DNA of 64,000 bases, from NCBI RefSeq assembly GCF_009914755.1, contig NC_060926.1. The stretch is one strand, 5' to 3'. The notes under the pieces are model-generated. The model made no database searches and was not told the origin of the DNA. It saw nothing but the letters and a program-made list of their open reading frames with translations. The stretch comes from the human T2T-CHM13v2.0 reference genome, Homo sapiens. A program made the position numbers and the translations under genes. Below, piece by piece: positions 1 to 13,753 of the stretch; position 1 is the first letter of the stretch; each line of letters starts with the position of its first letter.

Positions 1-495
1 AAGGGAATCAAGCAGCGAGGACAACGGTGCCCCTCTGCGCTCCACAGAGACAAAGGAGAGCGAAGAAAGGCAGGCAGGGGGGAGATCAGGAAAGAAAAGG
101 AGAGGAGAAGGCAAGGTCAGAGCAAAGGGAAGATGTGCAGCCCAAAGCCCTCAGCCATCGTTTCCTAATCATGCCATTGCTTCACCGCAATCACCATCCA
201 TCACCATCATCAAATGCCCTTTGAGACCCAGGGATGCTCAAAATGTTACCCGCCTTCATCAGTTAGTGGCATGTGCTGATTAAGTGTGTCATGGGAATAG
301 GGCCTCTCTGGGGTCTTCAAAATACACTGTCTTTAGTCTGCAGGGGGATGCCATTCTTGGCCTCAGTGGAACATGCTTATTTCCTCCTCCTGGACCCAGT
401 GAGTCTGATCAGCCAAGCAAGCTCCTACTCCCTCAAGCCTCTGTCCCTGGGCTGCCTCCCTCCCCATCTCCAGAGCCTTCCAGACTTCCCCAGTG

Positions 496-662
496 CCCAG
501 CAGACCCAGAGCCTATTTCTGGGTTCCCCCTTCAGTCCCCAGAAGACCCAGAGTCTCTTTCTGGGTTCCCCTTTCAGTCCCCAGCAGACCCAGAGTCTCT
601 TTCTGGGTTCCCCATTCAGTCTCCAGAAGACCCAGAGTCTCTTTCCAGTTTCCCCCTTCATC
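496..662. repeat. 42-bp minisatellite, ~4 copies
   Basis: Unit CCCAG(C/A)AGACCCAGAGTCTCTTTCTGGGTTCCCC(C/T/A)TTCAGTC starting at 496, 538, 580 and 622. Confidence 0.92.
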
Positions 663-759
663 TGGTACATGTAACCAGCGCAGCTTTTATCATGCTGTTC
701 TGTAATTGTAGGTGTTTATATCTTTATCCCTACCAGAATGAATAACTAAATGAATGATC

Positions 760-990
760 ATTATTATCTACTGAGCATGTTCTATGTGCCAGGCACTTGT
801 TAGCCCTTGAGAGATGACCTCATTTAATCCTTTTAACATCCTAGAGGTCATTCATATTATTATACCCAATTTACCCATGAGGAAGTTGAGACTGAGAAAG
901 ATCAAGTAACTTGTCCACAGTGACCCAGCTAGTAAATCAAAGAAGGGAACCTTGAACACAGGATTGTAAAATGCCAAAGCACATGCTATT
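760..990 (-). mobile_element. MIR SINE
   Basis: Reverse complement of the MIR core (ctcatttaatcct..., gaggaagttgagactgagaaagatcaagtaacttgtcc). Confidence 0.75.
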
Positions 991-2288
991 ATTCTGACAC
1001 TAAGGTACCTGGGGACAGCACCTTAGCCTTGCTTACCACAGCATGGCAAAGAATAGGTGCTCAATATATGGGATGGCTGGCTGGCTGGATAGATGGATGA
1101 TGTGTGCTCTGAAGAGTTTCAGCAGTGGAGCTGAGCCAAAAACTCTTCCCACCTCCTTTATGATCAATGAGTCAAATTTGTGAAAGGATTTGTTAGACCA
1201 AAGACAAATGTTATGCTCTTTGTTGAGTCTCAGATTATGACTACAGGTAGGGCACCATCTGTGTCCACTTAGGTCTCAGGATGTGGTCAGAGATGAGACC
1301 CAATTGATCATCAGGGTGGGAATCAGTCTGGGGCTAGGTTAGAGGATCAGTCTGTAGCTGGTGTAAGTTGGAGGAAGAGAACACATCTCTGCCAAGCTGA
1401 CTTGGAACTGAATAGAGAATGGAAAGTTCTCAAGCCAGAGACCTTTGTTCCTGGACATTGAGGGCGGAGAGATGACATGTGTGAGAGTAACTTGGTGTGG
1501 GTGTGTGGGAGAGTGTGGACCAGAGGACTCCAGGAACGAGAGTGTGGGGACGGACCCACTAAGTGTGCACCATGTGATTTTGAGTGCCACATACATGAGA
1601 GTGCATGGTGTGGCACATGTGTGTGCTGTGTGTGTTGGGATGACAGAGGCTGGGAAGGGTGTGAGAGAGACAAGCACACACCTGTAATAACATTGGCTTC
1701 AGACGCTAGGAGAGAAGGAATTCCCCCAACTGTTTTATCAGAGCCGAAGTTACCAAATTACGTTGTTGTTTTAAATTTGAGCTTCTCTGCCTGCAAATGG
1801 GGGGCTCTCAGGTTCACGAGCTTAATGCTTGGCTGGGTCTGGAGCTCCACTTCCCAATCCAATCGGGGCTCCCAGAGCTCCCAGGCCCAAGAAACAAAAG
1901 TCTTCTCTCTCAGGGCTTTGAAGTGGAAACACTAACTGCTCCCTTTAATTAGAAAGAAACCCCCTATTGTTCCCGCTTTATTACTGATGGATGAAGACAT
2001 AGCAGCGGGGGCAGAGTCTCAAGGAAGGGGGAGGGGAGCTGAGAAAGGAGTGGAGGGGGCCCAAAAAAAAATCTCTATTTGGAATAGAGATTCTCCACAC
2101 TTGGTCTCCATGTGCAAACCAGACCTCTTTCAGCACCTAGTCCACAAAGATTTTACTGGACATTTGGCCTTCTACTCGACGTTATAGGAAAGACAGAAAG
2201 AGTCTCAGCCCTCAACCAGTTCATAATCTAGATAAAACAGGGCAGGGGGAGAAGAATGAAAGATAATTGATATTAAATCAGTCCTGCA

Positions 2289-2462
2289 GGCTGGGTGCGG
2301 TAGCTCACGCCTGTAATCCTAGCACTTTGGGAGGATGAGGTGGGTGGATCGAGGCAGGAGAATCGCTTGAACCCGGGGGTGGGGGCGGGGGCGGGGGCGG
2401 AAGTTGTATTGAGCCCAGATCGCACCACTTCACGCCAGCCTGGGCAAAAGAGTGAAACTCCG

Positions 2463-2506
<44 letters not shown>
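2289..2506 (+). mobile_element. Internally deleted Alu with (CA)n tail
   Basis: Left-arm start joined directly to right arm (GGATC|GAGGCAGGAGAATCG). (CA)n at 2464-2506. TSD AATCAGTCCTGCA at 2276-2288 and 2507-2519. Confidence 0.9.
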
Positions 2507-2510
<4 letters not shown>

Positions 2511-2901
2511 AGTCCTGCAATACAAGCACTAAGAACTTAGGATAAATAGAGTGGGGAGATAGGTCCATAAGACAATCTTCTAAGAAAATACTGGGGGTGG
2601 CTGCCTGGGACCTGAGCTGGATGCTGCAGACTGGGGAGACTGGCAGAAAGACTAGGGGAGGGTACTCCCACGCCAAGCAGAGTAAATGGAATGTGCAAAG
2701 GCACAGAAGGAATGGACACAGCTTCTTTGGAGGAAGCGGGTCTGGTTATGGAGAAGGGTGCGTGTAAGCGAACTAAGGGAAATGAGGTTGGGTACAGCAG
2801 ATGGAACAGAGGAGTGAAAGACTTTGAAAGTGTTAACGGAAAAAGGTCCCAATTCAGACCCCAAGAGAGGGTTCTTGTATCTCTCACAAGAAATAATTTG
2901 G

Positions 2902-3561
<660 letters not shown>

Positions 3562-4679
3562 TTTAAGGAATAAAGAATGGCTATTCCATAGGCAGAGCAG
3601 CAGCTTGGGCTGCTGGACTAAGGATACTTACAGTTATTTCTTGATTATATGCTAAAAAAGGGGTGGATTATTCATGAGTTTTCCGGGAAAGGGGTGGGCA
3701 ATTCCTGGAGCTGAGGGTTTCTCCCTTTTTTAGACCATATGGGGTAACTTCCTGAGGTTGCCACGACGTTTGTAAACTGTCATGGCTCTGGTGGGAGTGT
3801 CTCTTAGCATACTAATGTATTATAACTAGCATATAATGAGCCATGAGGATGACCAGAGGACACTCTCGTCACCATCTTGGTTTTGGTGGGATTTGGCCAG
3901 CTTCTTTACTGCAAACTGTTTTATCAGCAAGGTCTTTATGATGTGTATTTTGTGCCGACCTCCTATCTTATCCGATGACTTAGAATGCCTAACCTCCTGG
4001 GAATGCAACCCAGTAGATCTCAGCCTTATTTAACCCAGTCCCTATTCTAGATGGAGTTGCTCTGGTTCAAACATCTCTGACAAAAGCACATAGGGAAAAT
4101 GGCCCTGATGAGATCATTAAGGAGCCACTAGGCCATCTTGAGCCAGGAAGTGACCGAATAAAAGGTGGCTCTTGGGCAGATTAATATGGTAGCCCCATGC
4201 AGGAAGTCATGGAGGGGAGAAAGAGCAAAGGTGGAAAGACCAGCTGAGGAGCTCCAGCAGAAACTCAGATAATTATGGCTTAGACTAAGATGATGGCAGT
4301 GGGACTAGGAAAGAGAAGGTAAGTCTGGGATAGATTTTAAAGGAAGAAACAAGGTGTGTTGACAGAATATATATGAGATAATATAGGAAGGAGTCAAAGA
4401 CACCTCCAAAATCTCTCGTCTGGGAGGACAGAAGGGTGGTGGAGGGGGGAAGGGGAATGGAAGCTGCCCTTGAGGGAAAGTGGGGAGCCAGAGGAGTTAA
4501 TAAGTAAATCCCCCAAAAACTTCATTCTCTCTTCCAGAGTCAAAAGATATCCTGAACCCAGTACTCAGGGAACAGTAACTCCAGGGTAGGAAGGCCCTGT
4601 TCATTGAGACTGGGAACATCATTAACAAAAACAACCTTTGTATAATTTGTTCTTCATGCACTTCAAAGTGATTCACACC

Positions 4680-4850
4680 TATGCCTCATTTGATCTGCAA
4701 AACAACTACCACAGGTGTCATTATCCCCATTTTGCAGACGAAAAAAACTGAGACCCAGAAAAGCTAAATAACTTGCTCAAAGTCACATAAGTAGTTTAGG
4801 CCTGAGTTGAGAGCAGAAGCCTCTGACTTTCAGCTCAGAACCCCTCCCAG
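4680..4850 (-). mobile_element. MIR SINE
   Basis: attatccccattttgcagacgaaaaaaactgagacccagaaaagctaaataacttgctcaaagtcaca. Confidence 0.75.
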
Positions 4851-6200
4851 TGCCTATTAGCCGACCAGACCAGGGGAGGGGAGAGGCCTGGAGCTGCCTG
4901 TGCCCTGAGTCACTGGGGGCCAGGAGTCTGGGGCTTGGAGAGAGGGTCCACCCCCAAGTTCAACCACACCCTCAGCCTACTCCTCACACTCACATAGGGC
5001 GTAAGTCGGGAGCCCAGGGTTGGAAACGCCAAGTCTAATCAGACCTCACAAGCCCACAGATGGTTTGAATCAACATGCTACCTTGATAGGAATAATGAGG
5101 AGTCCCAAAGACAGTCTTATGCCAGCTCCATCCATCTGGACACAGAACCACTTCTTCCACAAGAGTTTCCCTGTCCAGGGTCCCATCATCCCCTAAGCCT
5201 GGCAAATGCTTCATGAGGCAGTCCCTGGTCCCACATCAACACCTGCTCCCTGGCCTCCACCAGCAGAACCACCCACAGGTTTTCCAAAATCTCTGGCCTT
5301 CTGATTTGACAAGCTCTGACTTCTTAGGCGTTTCTTGAGGCTGAAAAGGATTGCTAGGGAGAAATGACTAGCCGGGGGTTATAGGCTGGGAAGGGGGTGT
5401 GGAGCAATGTGGTGGGGTCAGTAAGCCTGGATCCAGACAAACACAGACCAGACCGATGTCCTGCCCACTTCCTGGCAGAGTGAGTGTCCCCAGCATTCAT
5501 CGTTTTATTCACTCACATCACAAATATCATCATGACATTTCTTTTGATGGGACACCTAATCTAGGGCACCCAAATCCCATGCGATCTGGGATTTATAAAC
5601 GTACAAGGTCACAGTGCCCCAGGAACAGAATCAGACCTATGATTTAGAAAAACCTTACCTGTTACTGGGGGAGCCTGTTAGAGCCAGGCCCTCAGAACAG
5701 TGGCAGTGGCTCTTCCCCATGGAAACCTCAGGCCTGGGCTCCCAACCCCTGATGTGCAGCCCTTTGCGCAGAGACCTGTTTTAACGAGAATCTGGCCCTG
5801 CCCAAACCCTAGCCTCGCAAAGCTTGATTGGAAGCTTAAAAAACAATGAAGTTAATTTTTAAAAACCTTTCATTGAGTTCCATGAGACCCCTATTAATTT
5901 TATTGTTTCAATAAAGCATTTATTTAATTGTCTCCAGAAGGGCCCTGTTAAATGCACAGATGTTACCTGAGTCAGAAGGGAGGGATATGGGTGCCTTTTT
6001 TTCACCCTTTCCCGTTAGCACTTTAGCAGGATTCTGTTATTGGATTAACTGATTGTCACCTTCAAAGTCACAAAGGACAGCCCTGTGCAAATACGACACA
6101 AGGCAGGTAAATTCTGAAGAGCAGGGCGGGTCACAGTTGCAGGAAACAGGAAACCCAGCTCCTGATAAAGATGCTGGGTTTGGTTACTCCAGAGGAGAGG

Positions 6201-6680
<480 letters not shown>

Positions 6681-6684
6681 TCAT

Positions 6685-7100
6685 GTTCAGTCCTTCTACA
6701 TTTATTACTGAGCACCTACTATATGCTGCCACTGCTTGGTTCTTGGAGCATACATCGGTGAACAAAACAAAGACCCTCCTCTCGTGGTGCTTACATTCTA
6801 ATGAAGAAAGACTAACAACAAAAAAGTAAAAATACGACAGACGTAGTAAGATACTTTCTGAGAATGTTAAGTGCTCTGAGAACATAAAACAGAGCAATGT
6901 GGTGTAGTGACCAGAAATACAAAATAAAAAATATTGACTAATTGCCTGTGGGCCATCAGTCCTGTCTGATGAGATGACATTTGAGCCTGAATACGGAGAA
7001 GCCAGACACAGGAAGGTCTGAGGGCTCAGAAGACCTTTCCAGGCAGAGGGAGCATCAAGTGCAGAGATCCTGGGGCTGCATTTGGAGAGGAGCATCACCA
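6685..7100 (-). mobile_element. L2 LINE 3' fragment
   Basis: Reverse complement of the L2 3' end (ttactgagcacctactatatg..., gaacaaaacaaagaccctcctctcgtggtgcttacattcta). Confidence 0.7.
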
Positions 7101-7335
7101 AACTACTAAGTAATCAGAGGAGTGTGATAGAGGGAGGGGCCTCAAAGACCTCTTTCAGCAAGAATGTTTCAAGAAATGCCTCAGGACTAAGGCTGCATCA
7201 TTCATCTTTGTGTTTTTGGTTATTCACTTGGTGTCTAGCACAGAGTCAATGATCAATAAGGTAGGATGGAATGTGGGGAAGGGAATGAGAGGGAAGGGAA
7301 AGGTCAACACTTTGGGGGAACTACATTTAGTCAGG

Positions 7336-7642
7336 TTTTTTGTTTTTGTTTGTTTTGTTTTTAGAGAAGGGTCTCACTCTGTTACCCAGGCTGGAGTACA
7401 GGGGCTCCATCATGGCTCACTGCAGCCTCAAACTCCTGGGCTCAAGCGATCCTCCTGCCTTAGCCTCCTAAGTAGCAGGGACTACAGGCTCACTACCATA
7501 CCCAGTTATTTATTTTTTTTTTTTTTAGAGACAGGGTCTCATTATGTTGCCCAGCCTGGTCTCAAACTCCTGGGTTCAAGTGATGCTCCCACTTTGGCTC
7601 CCAAAATGCTGAGATTACAGATGTGCACCATCGTGCCCAGCC
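7336..7642 (-). mobile_element. AluJ
   Basis: Antisense Alu with J-type motifs (ggctcaagcgatcctcctgcc). Confidence 0.88.
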
Positions 7643-8232
7643 TTGGTCAGATTATTGTTTATCTTGACAAGAGAGAGATTAAAAGAGAAGAGAAAAACAA
7701 ACGAACAAAAGCTCAGTCTACATACTAAGTCATTTGTTACCAAGCTAAGGAGGTAGAGTGAAGGGGAGGGGATGGGGGGTACATATCTGGGTCCATTCAG
7801 GAGATGAACATTTAATTGAAGAAACAGTAATAACAACTGCTCCTGAGATTGTTATAGGCCCGGATTTATAGTTTACAAAACACTTTTACATACATTTACT
7901 TTTTCTGACAGCCTTGTGAAACAGAAAATAACAAATATTGACTAATTGCCTATGGGCCTTGACCCTGTGCCAGACGATAGGGAATGTATGTTGAGAAGAA
8001 ATCAAACAGGGCCCTGCCCTCATGAAGTTTATAGAGTAGACTAATTTTAATCAAACAAACCATAAATGAGAGAAATCACAACCACAATGAGTGTTGCAAT
8101 GGACAGGTACATAGGGCTGCCCATCACAAGGAGTGATTGAGCTGTCTGTCCATTAGGGAAGAGTCCTGCTTTGGTAAGGAGATTGGTTGAGACCAGTGAC
8201 TCCGACTTTTTCACCACCAATAATCCCTTTTA

Positions 8233-8392
8233 TGCTGAGTACAGTGGCTCACACCTCTATTCCCAATGCTTTGGAAGGCCAAGGCAGGAGAATCTCTTGA
8301 GGACTGCTTGAGGAGTTCAAGGCTGCTGTGATCTGTGATCATGTCAGTGAACTCCAGCCTGGGCAATAGAGCAAGACCCCATCTCTAAAAAA
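8233..8392 (+). mobile_element. Alu monomer (FRAM/FAM-like)
   Basis: Single diverged monomer ending gagcaagaccccatctctaaaaa. Confidence 0.8.
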
Positions 8393-8511
8393 CATTTTTA
8401 AACATAATTTTAAAGGGTCCCTTTTATTCATCCTCCTGCCCCACAAACCCCAGATTTTGAAAGAGCCCACCTACCTGGGTACATTTACATAACAACAAAC
8501 TTATCTCCCCA

Positions 8512-8803
8512 TTTTTCTTTTTTTTTTTTTCAGAAATGAAGATCTTGCTCTATTGCCCAGGCTGGAGCTGGAGCTCAATGGCACTATGATGGTTCACAGC
8601 AGCCTCAAACTCAAACTTTTGGGCTCAAGTGATCCTCCCACCTCAGCCTCCCATATAGCTGGGACTACAGGTATGCACCCCCACACTAGGCTACTTTTTA
8701 AATTTTTTACAGAGATGGGGTCTTATTATGTTGCCCAGGCTCAATCCTTTCACCTTGGCTTCCCAAAGTGCTAGGATTATAGGTGTGAGCCACCATGCCC
8801 AGT
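8512..8803 (-). mobile_element. AluJ (partial deletion)
   Basis: Poly-T followed by antisense Alu ending gagccaccatgcccag. Confidence 0.85.
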
Positions 8804-9210
8804 CTATTTCCAAATTTTTCTTAAGGAAAAACCAATGTCATTTGTCAAGATGAGATGCCCAATGCATGATATAATTCTGGCCATAGGCGAAGAAAGTTAA
8901 CATTTCTCTTGAATGGCATTTCTTTTGACTGGACCGGCTTATTGTGAAATACATATAATTTCCTATAGGCTTTCTGGAATATTGACAATAGCTGGTAGCC
9001 ATCCTCCTCCCAACACATTTGTAGACTCCTGGAAACCTTTGGGACCTAAGCTGGGAACTACTATTCTATACCCATACCCAAGATCCCTTTCAGTAAGGGG
9101 CCTCTCTAAACCATGAAGCATAGCCTTCTTGTGTTCAGGCATTTTGGAAAGAAGCAATGGATGTGGACTAGAGAGGTCATGGAAGGCTTTCAGGAAAAAG
9201 AAAGACTTGA

Positions 9211-9653
<443 letters not shown>

Positions 9654-10644
9654 TCAGGAAGCACTTGTGAATACAAGAAGTGAAGAGGTAGGTTGCAACG
9701 GACTTTAAATGCCAGGCTAAATTATCCTCCAAATGATGGGGAATCATCAAAGATTTTAGAACAGGAAAATGATGTGTTGGAAGCAATGTCGTTGGCAGAT
9801 GAATCTGGTGCCCATACACGCTTCGAGGTGGGAAGAGAACATTTAGGAAACCAATCAACAGAGCAGACGTGAGAGGAAGAGCCAAGACTTGGGAGGACGG
9901 CAATGAGGAAAAACGGAGGAAATCCAAGAGATATTTTTTTAAAGCACAGGACTTGAATTTGAGTTTGGAAACATCAAAGAGACTCCAAGATGTCTAAGCT
10001 TGAAGCTGGTGGTACAGAAACAACAATCACCATGGGACGGTGGTGGAGGGAAGGAGATGATGAGTGCGTGTGGGATCTAAGAGAGCCTTTACACACCACA
10101 TGGTTAACAGAGGTTACCTCTGGGGTTGGGGTTGGAGGGGCAGACGAGGTAGTTCGCACACTTTACTGCAGATAATCTCTTTTAATGGAGGGATTTTGTG
10201 TAATTTTTATTCCTTTTTTGTGCTTTTTGGAACTTTTCAAATAATTATTTTAATTCCACAGACTCCCAGGGTGTTGTTAACCCTTTATAAACCATCACTC
10301 CTGATTTCTTCTCTCTCCCCCCAGCGCCCTCTGGAGTCTCCGAGAAACACTTCATAGGTGTCTGGTCCTAGCTCCTGAGTCTGTGGTTTTCTTTATGGGG
10401 GGACAGGGGAGGATTCTCTTCAATGTGCCTCTTCCTGTCTCCCTCTTTTTTCCCCTACTGCTCCAGGAGGGCCTGCCTCTATCCTTTAAAGGCTTACACA
10501 TCGTCAGACACTTATCTTTGAACCACGATTGCAGCGCTGGGCTTGGAAAGACTGACCTTGGGATTTTTGTAGCTGAACGAAGCCCAACCCAGCTTAGACC
10601 ATGAACTAAAATGCAGGACAGAACCAGGAAGAACACAAGCTCTG

Positions 10645-10840
10645 CGGTCAGAGGCATCTGCATCCAAATTTGGGCTCTGCCTCCTAACAGTCTCTTTGGC
10701 CTTCTTACCTAACTAACCTCTCTTGGGTCAATTTTCTCATCTTGAAAATTGAAGATAATAACAGTATTTATCTCCTAGAGGTGGTAAGTGGATTAAGTGA
10801 TAATGAAAGGCATTTAATAAGTGTGCTTTTTATTAGTATT
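10645..10840 (+). mobile_element. MIR SINE
   Basis: aacctctcttgggtcaattttctcatcttgaaaattgaagataataacagta. Confidence 0.65.
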
Positions 10841-12964
10841 AACAAGAACAATAAAATAATAAATCTTTATGACCAAACGTTGTTGCTTGGAGGCAAAAAT
10901 GACCTTAATGAACTTCCATGTTGGTTCCCATTGGTGACATGTATTTGCTTCTCTGCCTCTCCCTTTGACTGGAATTTTCTATTTTCTCAAACCAACAAAA
11001 AGCTGAAAAAAGACCCTGAATCGGGGCCCGAGTCACTGCTTCTTCATTTCTCTGCCTCTTAGGATTGGTATGACAGTTGAACCTCAATTTCTTCATCTAT
11101 ACAATGGGTATAATCATTCTGCCCTCACAGTATGTGTCAAGAGGTTAGACAGCTCCTGGTGCACAGCAGGCTTTCAGGACACCATAGTTCTCCATCAGGG
11201 TTCCAGGAAGGGACCAGCCCTTTCTGAGTTCTTTCCTGCCTGTCCACTCCCGCCCCACGACCTACCCCATCTTCCACATTCTCCTTTGTATTAGCCCCTG
11301 ATGGTTTGGGGCAAATCTTTCCAATTACACTATAAGCTCCTGAGGGCAGAAGCAGGGGCAAGGCCTTCTTAACTGTAAGGAGCAGTCTTTCTTCTGGGTT
11401 TGGGTCCAGGCTGGGCTCCTGGGGGACGCAGGGAAGGAGAGAATTGTCAGCCCCCTAGAGGTTCAGAACGAAAGGTACAAACTCAACAGCCCCTCTTTTC
11501 TTCCTCTTTTCTTTCCATTTCCCAAACTGCAGCCCTGAGGCCACTTGAAATAAACTGCTTCTTTCTACTTGACCATGGCCTAGAAACATGGCCCCATTGA
11601 CTCAGGGTACATTTGGCTTTGTCAGAAAAGGTCTGATATGTTCACTCCTAACCACCCAGCCCCTATGCGTCCATCCCCATCACTTCTGGACAAAGACAAA
11701 GGCCTCTGCTCCATCAACCTTAGCCGCCTGAGTCCATCTGTCACTCGCTGATTGATGGCCAACTCTCCATCCCTCTACCTGCTGCTCATCTACCTGCTGT
11801 AGTCATCTGGCAGGGACTACAGAGGCCCAGGGGAGCAGCCCACACCTTTCCCACTCCCCTGTAGAGTCTCCAGAACACAGTCCCCAATCACCACAGGGTC
11901 CCCACCCCAAGGCTGCCCCCTCACCCCTTCTCTCCAGTGAGAGCTTTAAACAGGTACCTCTAAGCCTTCTCTGGGTCCACCAACCCCCTCTCTAGTCCTC
12001 AGCCCCACCCCCAGCTCCTCCAATCTCAAGAAACAGTGAAGGAGGGGGACACAGCTCAGAAAGCCAGAAAAGAGACAGAAAGACAAAGTGTCACAGAGCA
12101 TCTCTTTGACTGGCGGGTGAGGCTGAGTAGGAGGGAGGCAGGAGGAAGAGAGAGCCAGGCACAGGAAGGGGTCTGAGAGAGACTCTGGGGGCCACAGACT
12201 CCGAGGCAGAGATAGAGAAGCCAGCCCAGGCGGTGAGGGCTCTGAGAGCCCACAGAGCCTTTTGGTTTCTGGGTTCCAGGAGGGCCTCCCCCTCTGACGG
12301 TCGTGGAGCTAAAATGGCTCATATTCCCATCCTGAAACCCATGGAGGGGAACTAAGCTCTTTTCCAGAAACGGGTGGAAGCATCTCTCCTGAGCCATGGC
12401 TTCCTCCGTCTTTGTTTGACTACTTTTCTCAGGATTCAGAATTTTTTGTCTATATGTTTCTTCATATTTATCTATCTCTGCACTCACACTTGCACACTCT
12501 CTTGCTCTCTCCTCTGTCTCTGCCTCCGATAATTTTTTGGGGACTCTGCCTTGGGGCTCCCGCTCTCCAGCATGCGGGAAACCTGACCTTCATCATCTGT
12601 TTTTTATATTTTGGAAATGTCAGCTTCACTTCCTACCTGAGGGAGGTGGGGGTGGAGGAGCGGGCTGCCTAGCTCCACCCTTTTCCCCCCTCTTTTCAGA
12701 ATCAGTCCCCTCCCCTACAGCCTTGCTCCAGGGAGGACAAGCTGGGGCTGTCCCTGCTCTCAGACTCTGGCATCAGGAGGTTCAGCCCAGGTCCTGATTC
12801 ATGGTCTTCCCTCTGAAGCTTACCACAGTGTAGCGAAAGTGGTGAGGCCTCCTGTGATGGACTACTGGTTTGCTGATTTGGGAAAAAGGGGAAATTCCAG
12901 GCACAAAAGAGCCCAGGAGGTTAAGAGATTTCACCTATGGGAACCAGGATAGAAAGTGGTTCAA

Positions 12965-13276
12965 GCCGGGCGCAGTGGCTCACACCTGTAATCCCAGCAC
13001 TTTGGGAGGCCAAAGTGGGCAGATCACTTGAGGTCAGGAGTTTGAAACCAGCCTGGCCAACATGGTGAAACCCTGTCTCTACTAGAAATACAAAAATTAG
13101 CCACACGTGATGGCCAGCGCCTATAATCCCAGCTACTCAGGAGGCTGAAGCACAAGAATCGCTTGAACCCAGGAGGTGGAGGTGGCAGTGAGCCAAGATC
13201 GCGCCACTGCCCTGGGTGACAGAGTGAGACTCCATCTCAAAAAAAAAGAAAAAGAAAAAAAGAAAAGAAAAACAAA
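12965..13276 (+). mobile_element. AluS
   Basis: Full Alu; TSD AGAAAGT(G/A)GTTCAA at 12951-12964 and 13277-13290. Confidence 0.9.
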
Positions 13277-13291
13277 AGAAAGTAGTTCAAC

Positions 13292-13753
<462 letters not shown>

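Noticed and set aside
273-745. Overlapping 70-153 aa ORFs with 14-aa repeats; superficially CRISPR-like palindromic array
   Set aside because: Produced by the 42-bp minisatellite; no unique spacers, no cas genes, eukaryotic context.
1470-1680. TG-rich stretch giving Cys/Val-rich ORFs
   Set aside because: Degenerate (TG)n low-complexity sequence.
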